From the NCBI GenBank assembly GCA_965235115.1, contig OZ249436.1, forward strand, positions 46,190,001 through 46,254,000: a stretch of DNA of 64,000 nucleotides, in the 5' to 3' direction. Under the pieces are notes generated by a model. It did no database searches and was not told the origin of the DNA. It saw nothing but the letters and a program-made list of their open reading frames with translations. Made by a program: the position numbers and the translations under genes. How positions within the stretch are numbered: the stretch's first letter is position 1; every line of letters starts with the position of its first letter. This document shows positions 51,393-62,148 of this stretch, in pieces. This DNA is from Laetmonice hystrix. Lineage: Eukaryota.

Positions 51393-51453
51393 AGGGTTAG
51401 GGTTAGGGTTAGGGTTAGGGGTAGGGGTAAGGTTAGGGGTAGGGGTAGGGTTA
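51393..51453 (+). repeat. Interstitial telomere-like (TTAGGG)n degenerating to TAGGGG
   Basis: AGGGTTAGGGTTAGGGTTAGGGTTAGGGGTAGGGG... Confidence 0.85.
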
Positions 51454-51478
51454 CTTAATACCTCTAGAGTAAGGTCGG

Positions 51479-52161
51479 CCTGACTTATCCTGCGACCTCA
51501 GCCTGTATCACTGACGGCCTGCCTGACTTATCCTGCTGCCTCAGCCTGTATCACTGACGGCCTGCCTGACTTATCCTGCGGCCTCCGCCTGTATCACTGA
51601 CGACCTGCCTGACTTATCCTGCTGCCTCAGCCTGTATCACTGACGACCTGCCTGACTTATCCTGCTGCCTCAGCCTGTATCACTGACGACCTGCCTGACT
51701 TATCCTGCTGCCTCAGCCTGTATCACTGACGACCTGCCTGACTTATCCTGCGGCCTCCGCCTGTATCACTGACGACCTGCCTGACTTATCCTGCGGCCTC
51801 AGCCTGTATCACTGACGACCTGCCTGACTTATCCTGCGGCCTCCGCCTGTATCACTGACGACCTGCCTGACTTATCCTGCGGCCTCAGCCTGTATCACTG
51901 ACGACCTGCCTGACTTATCCTGCGGCCTCCGCCTGTATCACTGACGACCTGCCTGACTTATCCTGCGGCCTCAGCCTGTATCACTGACGACCTGCCTGAC
52001 TTATCCTGCTGCCTCCGCCTGTATCACTGACGACCTGCCTGACTTATCCTGCGGCCTCAGCCTGTATCACTGACGACCTGCCTGACTTATCCTGCGGCCT
52101 CAGCCTGTATCACTGACGACCTGCCTGACTTATCCTGCGGCCTCAGCCTGTATCACTGACG
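51479..52161. repeat. 43-bp minisatellite (unrelated to the 10.5-kb one), ~16 copies
   Basis: Unit CCTGACTTATCCTGCGGCCTCAGCCTGTATCACTGACGACCTG. Confidence 0.96.
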
Positions 52162-52761
52162 AAAATTGCCTTAAATTTTTATGACGTAGTTCCTACATAT
52201 TACACAAAATGGCGGTCTAGCATGATGGAACAAGACTTTGTGTAAGATTGTGTGACATTCAAAAGAGCAAAGAGCAAATCAATAGTCTGTGTGGTCTGTG
52301 TAGTGTGTAGAGTTTGAGCTCTATGATCAAGGGGCCCAGGGGCCAAAGGCCACCTGTCTATACGACCAGAGGCAGGGATCCAAGTGGTCCTCGATCAAAG
52401 ATCGTTAATTACAACTGTTCCTCTGAGAAGCCCATCCCCAAATTGATGTTTAGAATCCTGGTCCAAAGTAAACAGGTTGAGTGTGAGGGCAGAATGTAAG
52501 GCCGTTTCAGCTATTAAAAGGAGTTGCCTTTTCCTCAGATCTTTCTCAACCCAACTCTAGCCTTCTCCTCCAAACTTTCCTAAGCTTTATCGGGGGCGGG
52601 GGCCAAGGGAGGGGGGGGGGGCAAGGGATCTTTTCTTGGACGCCAGGATGGACTAACATCCGGCTTGAAATTGGAGACGAGGTTTGAAGTAAGAACAAGC
52701 CTTTATCGAGACTGGAGGACAAGCGACAAATGCGGGATTTTTGTATTTTTTTATATATCAG

Positions 52762-52764
<3 letters not shown>

Positions 52765-52796
<32 letters not shown>
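52765..52796. repeat. (GA)n microsatellite
   Basis: About 16 GA dinucleotides. Confidence 0.95.
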
Positions 52797-52800
<4 letters not shown>

Positions 52801-53117
52801 TTGAGGCTCTACTGAGGTCGTTTGACATCTCTCCATAACTTATCATTGTAACAATATTACCTTTAAAAAATTGCCATGAATGAACTATATTTCATGAGTG
52901 AGTTTATTCTAAATATTTTTCGCTAGCCATTATTTCTACAAATTTATACAATAGGACCCAGGGTTGAACCAACATGACTTCACCAGGATCTATGATTCGG
53001 CATATTTCTCCCTTTCACCAGACCTCAGGATAGCACCCGCAACCCCCCCCCCCACACACACACACCCTTTTTGTATCTCCACCATAGTCCTCACAACCAA
53101 GAAGATTGATCTTTGTT

Positions 53118-53232
53118 ATCTGCCAATCCACCAACCAATCCACTAACCAATCCACCAAACAATCCACCAACCAATCCACCAACCAATCCACCAACCAATC
53201 CACCAGCCAATCCACCAACCAATCCACCAACA
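53118..53232. repeat. 12-bp minisatellite, ~9 copies
   Basis: Unit CCACCAACCAAT. Confidence 0.92.
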
Positions 53233-54624
53233 TCAGTTCTCTTAAACCATTCTCGGCCTTTATTTCTCCCGTATAAAAATCAGCTGTGTCGTTTCCATGA
53301 CGACTCCCTGTTTTATTATTTTCTCACTTCTCAGCATCAAAACTGAGGTTCGAAATATTAAAAAACACATACTGTACATGTATGTTTCTTTGTTAGTGCC
53401 TTTACTCCAACATGCACTCCATTCTGTCCTATCCTCTTCATTATAAAGTCGGTGGCTTCATTTGTGGACTTTATAGTTGCTGAAAAACAGCTGCCTGTCA
53501 CTATCAGCCAGAATCAAAGTGTCTGAGAATGCTGACAGCAACGGCGGTCCGTCCAAAAATATCAGTCTTCTTTTAAATATGTATCTCAGTACCGCGAGAA
53601 GAATCAAATTACTTTCAGGGGTTTGACAATACCAGCGGCAATTTCTGAATTAATAAATACCATGAGGTACTTTTACCTACGATTTCAAGTCCCAGTCTCG
53701 GTATAGAAAGAAGTGATTAAGATTTGATAACGAGTGTGTCCTTCCAGTGGAAGTAATATTCAGCAGTAACATATATTCTTAACATATATGATTTATTTTA
53801 CTATAGGACGGTTGTCTACATTTGTGCACCAGTTTATTGTGTAGCGGTGAACGGACAGCAGCTATAGTTGCCGATATTTCCAGCAGCTTTATTAAACCAG
53901 TGAATTAGATTTAGCTTCAAGTCCCTCAATGCTGTTTGGTTTTCGCAAAGACAGATATCCTTTTAGAAAACTGCGTGGACGACTTTTGTAAAATACTCAG
54001 TTTCATGATTCACTTCTGAATGGCATGATTCTGGAGGGGTTCTAAAGAACCCGACTGATGAACAACCCTGGAGGCAACAAAGAATTCACTGCTAATTACT
54101 TTAACTATTTTTAATTTTTCCGGCGAATATGAGAAAGTTTTCTTTTCCCGCCAATCAAAAGAATCATTCAGTGTTGAATCGCTTTATACTTCCTGCCAAT
54201 AAACCAATGAACGTCTTTGGGGAAAACGCGAAGCACGCTGCCGTGCAGCCGCAGCCAAAACCGAGTTAAAGTTGGAGATAAATCTACTTTGAAGTATTTG
54301 AGGCCTCCAGACTGGTGAGGTGATCTTTTAAATAAAACCAGGAGGGGTTCATGTTAGTGCATCATAATAAACTTTAAGATCGCCTAAATTTTTGAGATAT
54401 ATTTATAAAAGATTGTCCGATATTGCAAATTGTTTATGTACATTGGATATCGTGAAATACTGTGGACCAGAACTGGCAGTAGGTTCTACTCACCTGCACT
54501 TTACGAGGCCCATTTTAAAGCCAAATATCAACAATTAACATTACATTTTCTGACGTCTTTTTTAGTTTCCACACCAAGTTAGTATATTTTTCAATTTCCA
54601 ATCCAAAAATGATTAGATATCATC

Positions 54625-54968
54625 GGTTTGTGGTTGTCTGCTATTCTAACTCCCGCACAAGTTCTCAAACCAAGCACCTGCTCGGAGATGTGTGGCTTGT
54701 CGACTACATCGTCGGTTTGTGGATGGTTGTCTGCTATTCTAACTCCCGCACAAGTTCTCAGACCAAGCACCTGCTCACAGATGTGTGGCTTGTCGACTAC
54801 ATCGTCGGTTTGTGTCTGCTATTCTAACTCCCGCACAAGTTCTCAGACCAAGCACCTGCTCACAGATGTGTGGCTTGTCGACTACATCGTCGGTTTGTGT
54901 CTGCTATTCTAACTCCCGCACAAGTTCTCAGACCAAGCACCTGCTCACACATGTGTGGCTTGTCGACA
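54625..54968. repeat. 85-bp tandem repeat, ~4 copies
   Basis: Unit GTCTGCTATTCTAACTCCCGCACAAGTTCTCAGACCAAGCACCTGCTCACAGATGTGTGGCTTGTCGACTACATCGTCGGTTTGT; first unit slightly longer. Confidence 0.93.
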
Positions 54969-55140
54969 ACATTAGTTCCGACGATCGACACCAGAGTGTG
55001 TCGTGCTGACCAATGGCTTCAGCAGTCGGAATTGGTCAGGAAATTTGTATATTTCTCACTTTTGGTGTAAACGGACAGGGTTCCTCGACACACGGATGTA
55101 TTATGCAATCCCTGCCAATACTAAACAGCTCCTTTAGTTA

Positions 55141-55305
55141 TTGCGTATCACGGCATTGCGTATCACGGCATTGCGTATCACGCCATTGCGTATCACGGCA
55201 TTGCGTATCACGGCATTGCGTATCACGGCATTGCGTATCATGCCTTTGCGTATCATGCCATTGCGTATCACGGCATTGCGTATCACGGCATTGCGTATCA
55301 CGGCA
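55141..55305. repeat. 15-bp minisatellite, 11 copies
   Basis: Unit TTGCGTATCACGGCA. Confidence 0.94.
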
Positions 55306-56198
55306 GGTCTGTTGTATCCAAGTGGTAGCACATTCTGTCGATGTCGCATGTAAAAATAATTCAAGTAAATGCTATACGTGTGCGGGTAATGGCACTTTAC
55401 AACTTCACTGGTAAACTTCTTACCTTGCGATAAATCTGTTACAACAACACTCGTTTTTATGTTATCCGAATATATTTGTATGAGAGCCACAAGTGGCTTA
55501 ACGCTCCGAAGAGAGTGGATGCATTAAACATTTCGTTATTACGGTAAGCTTGACATGGGAGCCTGCCCTTTGCCGTGATTCTCTCACAAAGTTTGAATTC
55601 CATGCCCTGGAGGGGTGCTATTAGTAACACTTTATTTCAGAGTCACTTAGAGGCAAAAATAGCCAAGCAATACAAGCAGTGGAAATTACTTGTATGAATC
55701 ATGAAAGTAGACGTACTTTACTTTAGGCTTGAGCGAAATTGGATGATGGTGTTCTGCGTCAGTAGCATTTTTTACTGAATTATCAATGGTGAGCAAAAAA
55801 CTCAACATTTACGGTGGATTATCAGGGCTATTAAAGGGATAGCGCATAGATTTGCTGTCTAAGCGACTCATTTAAATGATGTACTTTCTCATCATTTGCA
55901 GGGTTCTATTTTGCAGAAACAAGGGACAAATAAATAATCGGAAAGTGAAAATGTCACTAGAAGTGACTAAACATCGGTCGAAGATGTTAACAGGGGGTTT
56001 GTGTCAGCTTGGTCTCATGTTTTGGGTGAGGGGAGGGGAGGTATTTTGTATCTATATGACAAGATCAATAATTTACTCTTGATGGACCAGCCGAGGTACT
56101 TTAAACCCTACTTATGGTCAGACCAATTCGAGAGTGAAGGCCGCCATGGACATTCGTGACAACAAGCATACTGCCGCGTGTGTGCGCTCATTTACTGC

Positions 56199-56212
56199 GC
56201 GCCCCCTGGTGG
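56199..56212 (-). promoter_or_regulatory. CTCF consensus motif
   Basis: Reverse complement reads CCACCAGGGGGCGC. Confidence 0.4.
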
Positions 56213-56895
56213 TAGAACCTGCATGACGTCAGCCCAGAATTAGTCTCTATGCCCTCAGCGTCGGTCAGTAGGGAAGTAAATACCCCGCAGAGCAGGTGCC
56301 CTTCATGAGGGCTGTTAGTTTTGGTAGTTCTACAGGCGACAGATGGTGATTTACGAGTGTAAGCCAAGCCTGGTCATGCACGGGTAATGGGAACGCTGTG
56401 AAAGCATCTCGGAGTTGTCTTGGAGCTATCAGAAGATTTCATTTCTTCATACAGAATAAAACTGCGGTGGTAATTCCATGCGAGCCGTGTCGACCTTAGA
56501 ATGACCTTGGAATGACACATGATTCAGTGTGGAAGCGTACACGCAATCCATGCCGTTATGTCCTTGGAAGAAATTGGCGAGTGGCGCCGGTTAATGGAAC
56601 CTACCTAGATACACATTGCATGGACGCTTGGTCCGAAAACGCATGTAATTCTGTATAAGTCATGATACCAAGGTAAGATAGCTATGGGTATGGGTCATAA
56701 CATTTAACAGCAACTAATCATCCCATATATTTCTTTATTTCTTTCTTTATTCGATTATTTCATTGTCAATTGGGGTGAATTCGACTGAGCTGGACAGTTG
56801 ATCTGTGTCCATTCTTAAAGAACGAGGCCATAGATTCACTACCTCACTGTTTCCAAGAATAAGTTCACTTCAACGAAAACGGAATATCAAAAGGC

Positions 56896-57089
56896 GGGAC
56901 TGGCAGGCAGAGGACCTCGCCGGGACTGGCAGGCAGAGGACCTCACTGGGACTGGCAAGCAGAGGACCTCACCGGGACCAAATAAGTGCCATACTGTACA
57001 CCATCAAGTGTTAGCGTCCGTGACAGGGTTCGTCTATTCCCATGAGATGCAAATTTCGCGAAAGTTTTTCTCACGCAAAATGGGAATGG
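56896..57089 (+). mobile_element. Dispersed repeat copy 1: ~3 x 26-bp unit plus ~115-bp unique tail
   Basis: GGGACTGGCAGGCAGAGGACCTCACC units then GGGACCAAATAAGT..GACAGGGTTCGTCTATT..AAAATGGGAATGG; paralogous to 59029-59529. Confidence 0.75.
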
Positions 57090-57137
57090 ACAAAAGGCGC
57101 CAATTCTGAATGTAACAAAGGTAGAAGATACACGTTG

Positions 57138-57792
57138 GTATAATGGTGCCTTATACGGTGTGGTGTTTACTGAATCTACCATGTTTATAATGGTGCCTTA
57201 TGCGGTGTGGTGTTCACTGAATCTACCATGTGTATAATGGTGCCTTATGCGGTGTGGTGTTCCCTGAATCTACCATGTGTATAATGGTGCCTTATGCGGT
57301 GTGGTGTTCACTGAATCTACCATGTTTATAATGGTGCCTTATGCGGTGTGGTGTTCATTGAATCTACCATGTGTATAATGGTGCCTTATGCGGTGTGGTG
57401 TTCACTGAATCTACCATGTGTATAATGGTGCCTTATGCGGTGTGGTGTTCACTGAATCTACCATTTGTATAATGGTGCCTTATGCGGTGTGGTGTTCCCT
57501 GAATCTACCATGTGTATAATGGTGCCTTATGCGGTGTGGTGTTCACTGAATCTACCATGTTTATAATGGTGCCTTATGCGGTGTGGTGTTCATTGAATCT
57601 ACCATGTGTATAATGGTGCCTTATGCGGTGTGGTGTTCACTGAGTCTACCATATAATGGTGCCTTATGCAGTGTGGTGTTCACTGAATCTACCATGTGTA
57701 TAATGGTGCCTTATACGGTGTAGTGTTCACTGAATCTACCATGTGTATAATGGTGCCTTATGCGGTGTGGTGTTCACTGAATCTACCATGTT
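57138..57792. repeat. 47-bp minisatellite, ~14 copies
   Basis: Unit TGTATAATGGTGCCTTATGCGGTGTGGTGTTCACTGAATCTACCATG. Confidence 0.96.
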
Positions 57793-59028
57793 TCTCCCTC
57801 GATAATTTACTTACACTCCATGGCGTTTAAAGTTCTCCACAGTGGCCAAGGTTTGAAGGAAAAGTTGGGTTTCAGTTACAGGATCTGTCCTTGATCTGTC
57901 ATATCTCCAGCCGTCACCTTTAGTCAATATCTATAGAATTTGATCGCTTCCCGTGAATAGACGGTGTCTGAAATATAATAACATTGAAGTATGAGCCCTT
58001 GAATATTGACTGGGTCGATGTTTACAACGGTATCCTGACTTCTTCTAGAGTAATTCCCTCCCACCTTTCCCGAATTTTGAGCATTTCATACATTTGACGT
58101 CACGTCATTCAGACACAGTGGCAACAACCCTGCCTTAATTGGGACACACAGCTAGAAAACTGGGTCATTCAATGCGACGGGACTCAGTTTCCCGCTTAAA
58201 AGACGTGCGGCTTCACGCTAATGACCCTGGTCCGGCATTGCAATTGTTGACACGAATTTTTAGAAATGTCCCTATTTGTAGACGTTTTGACCGATTTATG
58301 TGAAATTTGTACCACCGACCCCAAATAACCAGATAATATAGGCCTAATGTTACAAATATTATGACATTGGGGTAAAAATTATAGAAGTTACAGTCAAGAA
58401 AAGAGTGTGGCCCACCCGACATATCTCGTATATTTTAAAATGGCTCCGCATCTGAAAATATGTGGTATGTTATGACGGACATCTGTGCAAAGTTTCATGC
58501 TTTTATCACCATCTGAGCAATTGTTGCACCAGTCGCCTGGACTAGATCAACAGTTTGACGTTTCTGTAAGTATGAGTTGGCCAATACATGTAAATGGTCC
58601 CACTCGTTATATTCGTGAACACACCGCCATGACAAGCCAGAAAGGACAAACCGAACAACTCCCGAGTAATCTTGGTAACCGGAACCTCTCTCTCCGGGGG
58701 TATCAGTGGGGGAGCATTCATTAATTGGGCCCCATGGTTGCATCAGTGCAGGGAGCATCATGTAATTGGGTGATGTGGTCTGATAGGGCGGGGTAAAGCC
58801 ACACCCCCTTCCCATACCCCTGGCTTACTCATCCCGGATATTCCTTGTGAAATGTGGGGTTTATTTTGGTAACATTCAGCGGTTGGTGGGGTTGCAAACT
58901 TCCGGGGGTTAAGGCCGTGGGATCGGGTGGGGTGGGGGGTAAAGTACAGGCGGGCAGACAAGGGGCGTGTCTCTTTGTGGACACCACAACTCGTCCGGAA
59001 TGTCGGAAAGTACGTCCTCCTACCACCT

Positions 59029-59529
59029 GGCACTGGCAGGCAGACCACCTCACCGAGACGGGCAGGCAGAGGACCTCACCGGGACTGGCAGGCAGAGGAC
59101 CTCACCGAGACGGGCAGGCAGAGGACCTCACCGGAACTGGCAGGCAGAGGATCTCACCGAGAAGGGCAGGCAGAGGACCTCACCGGGACTGGCAGGCAGA
59201 GGACCTCACCGGGACTGGCAGGCAGAGGACCTCACCGGGACTGGCAGGCAGAGGACCTCACCGGGACTGGCAGGCAGAGGACCTCACCGGAACTGGCAGG
59301 CAGAGGACCTCACCGGGACTGGCAGGCAGAGGACCTCACCAAGACTGGCAGGCAGAAGACCCCACAACGACTGGCAGGCAGAGGACCTCACTGGGACTAG
59401 CAGGCAGAGGACCTCGCCGGGACCAAACAAGTACCATACTGTACACCATCAAGCGCCCGTGACAGGGTTCGTCTATTTCCCGTGAGATGCAAATTTCGCG
59501 AAAGTTTTACCCACGCAAAATGGGAATGG
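59029..59529 (+). mobile_element. Dispersed repeat copy 2: ~15 x 26-bp unit plus the same tail
   Basis: Same unit and tail as 56896-57089, with substitutions and a small indel. Confidence 0.8.
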
Positions 59530-60276
59530 TCAACTTATCATTTTTGCAGAAAAATAGACATAGATCTAGGTCCAGTCCAAATAATAATTTTGCGAAAATT
59601 ACCTGCCGCGAAAATATTACGGTTTACGGTTTTTACGGTGTTATACATTTCAAATAAACAGTTTTCACATCGATCTTATATGAACAAGCGTATGTAATCC
59701 CGTCAGGAAATCTGGCCGACCTTCCTGGGGAGAATTATATTTGATTAAATTGATGTTTTTCCCATGAGTTAAAAAGGTTCGCATCAATGATATCAATCAT
59801 GTTCTGTCCTAAGTTTGAAGTCTCCTATTTGATATCAAATTTAACCCCAATTAGACGGAGCGATTGGCCACAGAGACCCTAGGGGCAGCAGAACGTGCAC
59901 CCCCTGGCGGTCCACCTGTTGCTATGCCTCACAAGGCTGAGACATAAATTTCTCGAATGACAGCCGGCATGGCCCAACATATTGAGGGTCAAATGTTGTA
60001 AATGTTTTAGAAAGCTCAGTTTCAACATTCGCCCCCATCTGACTACTGTGATTTGAAGTAGAAAAGTCGGTCTGACAGTAAAGACCACCGAAGGAGACTA
60101 TAGAGAGATCTGAGAAACCCGTGCACCGAAATGTTTCTGAACGTTTCCGAGAGACGACCAACTGGCCTCACGCGTACGTTCTTCAGCAAAGTGCGTTCGT
60201 GACTTCTGCAAGACTAGACACCGAATTCATCAAATCTCTCGTATATAGATGGACACCCTTCATGATTAGGAAATGT

Positions 60277-60910
60277 TTAATTAATCACATGTCTCTCAGA
60301 AGTTCTCGGTGGAATTGCCGAGCCATTGCATGACAAAGTGTTTGGAATGGTGGGCGGGTATGGGAAGGGATGAGGAGGAGAGACTTTGTGTGTTCTTTGG
60401 ACGCCACAAGCGTGGTGTGTGGTTCCTGTGAATCCGTTGATGTCGGTGCAGCACGTGCATCCATGTTGATGGAGCCACTGATGATCCAGAGCGTCTCCAA
60501 CACGTACGGTCGACATGGCCATGAAGTCGGCCACACACCACACGTCTCGACTCCTTACCCCCAGCGTTCGCCCAGCGTTCCCACAACGTACCCACGGCCC
60601 CATCCCGTACCCCCTGCCTGGGACGCGGCTACCCGAGCCTCACCTCCCGGCAGTAGTAGCAAACGCTGCCGTCACACCCACCCCTGCCGGGCCTCTCTCT
60701 CCCTCTCTCTGACGCCGAGCCGGGGAGGGCAGTGCCTGTTGAGAGACATCCGTAGATTTTACCACCCCAAGTTGTGAATCCGGTCTGCGCCACCACGGAG
60801 GCCGGTTCACCGTCGGGCAGTGCGCCACATGTAGGCTGAACACGCACTGCCTGCGGACTGCTGGCGGTGTGTTCATCATCGATATCTGTCAACACTTCAC
60901 ATTTCATCAT
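60277..60910 (-). pseudogene. Possible decayed retroelement gag/protease-like relic
   Basis: Adjacent frames carry VCYYCRE, VCGRLHGHVDRTC (CCHC knuckle-like) and DHQWLHQHG; broken by stops and frameshifts; no RT or LTR found. Confidence 0.25.
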
Positions 60911-61332
60911 ACACCTCCATAGAACACCTTCTGGTCATGTTTAAAAAACACTTATTCCCTTATTAATGGCTGCTTTATGATCACATAATTTTTATGAACA
61001 AATATTAAATCTAGGTAGACTGACAGAAAGATAAACTTCTGCACGAAGGCAATGCAGGATTATTACCTAAAGTATCTACGCCTTTAGGCCTCCATTATGA
61101 TACTACTGGCATGAAACCAAAGAACATGCTGATCTGGCAGAATGGTACATGCTGAAGATATGAATACCATTGGGTTTGATGTAGGCGGAGTATATCAGAA
61201 AAGTTTGTTTGGGTGAGACAACAGCAGAGGTTCCAAACATCTGGAAGGATTTCCTAATCTATGCCTATCTTTGCGCCGCCATACATAAAGCCAAGGAGAA
61301 GAAAGGTCAAACACAGCTGACCGGCAACCATG

Positions 61333-62148
61333 CAGGCTGGTCCTCATCCTCAGACAGAGGTGATGTAACTGTTCCTGGAACATTCAGGCTGGTCTTCATC
61401 CTCGGACAGAGATGATCTAACTGTTCCTGGAACATTCAGGCTTGTCCTCATCCTCAGACTGAGATGGTCTAACTGTTCCTGGAACATTCAGGCTGGTCTT
61501 CATCCTCAGACAGAGATGGTCTAACCGTTCTGGAACATTCAGGCTGGTCGTCATCCTCAGACAGAGATGATCTAACTGTTCTTGGAACATGTCTTCATCC
61601 TCAGAGAGAGGTGATGTAACTGTTCCTGGAACATTCAGGCTGGTCTTCATCCTCAGACAGAGATGATCTAACTGTTCCTGGAACATTCAGGCTGGTCTTC
61701 ATCCTCAGACAGAGATGGTCTAACTGTTCCTGGAACATTCAGGCTGGTCTTCATCCTCAGACAGAGATGATCTAACTGTTTACGGAACATTCGGGCTGGT
61801 GTTCATCCTCAGATAGAGATGATGTAACTGTTCCTGGAACATTCAGGCTGGTCGTCATCCTCAGACAAAGATGGTCTAACTGTTCCTGGAACATTCAGGC
61901 TGGTCTTCATCCTCAGACAGATGTAACTGTTCCTGGAACATTCAGGCTGGTCTTCATCCTCAGACAGAGATGGTTTAACTGTTCCTGGAACATTCAGGCT
62001 GGTCTTCATCCTCAGACAGAGATGGTTTAACTGTTCCTGGAACATTCAGGCTGGTCGTCATCCTCAGACAGAGATGGTCTAACTGTTCCTGGAACATTCA
62101 GGCTGGTCGTTATCCTCAGACAGAGATAGTCTAACTGTTCCTGGAACC
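61333..62148. repeat. 52-bp minisatellite, ~15 copies with deletion variants
   Basis: Unit AACTGTTCCTGGAACATTCAGGCTGGTCTTCATCCTCAGACAGAGATG(A/G)TCT. Confidence 0.95.

Noticed and set aside
58215-58546. TA-flanked TIR element ending GCACCAGTCGCCTGGACTA
   Set aside because: It looks like typical MITE interior, but the left TIR match is too degenerate to define boundaries.
53015-62045. Repeat-peptide ORFs (LVDW, PPTN, RHCVS/LRITA, GRQRTSPG, NVPGTV)
   Set aside because: All are direct translations of the 12-, 15-, 26-, 52- and 85-bp minisatellites.
1-62148. CRISPR-like arrays among the many 26-64-bp tandem repeats
   Set aside because: Units abut directly with no unique spacers, there are no cas-like ORFs, and the context is eukaryotic.
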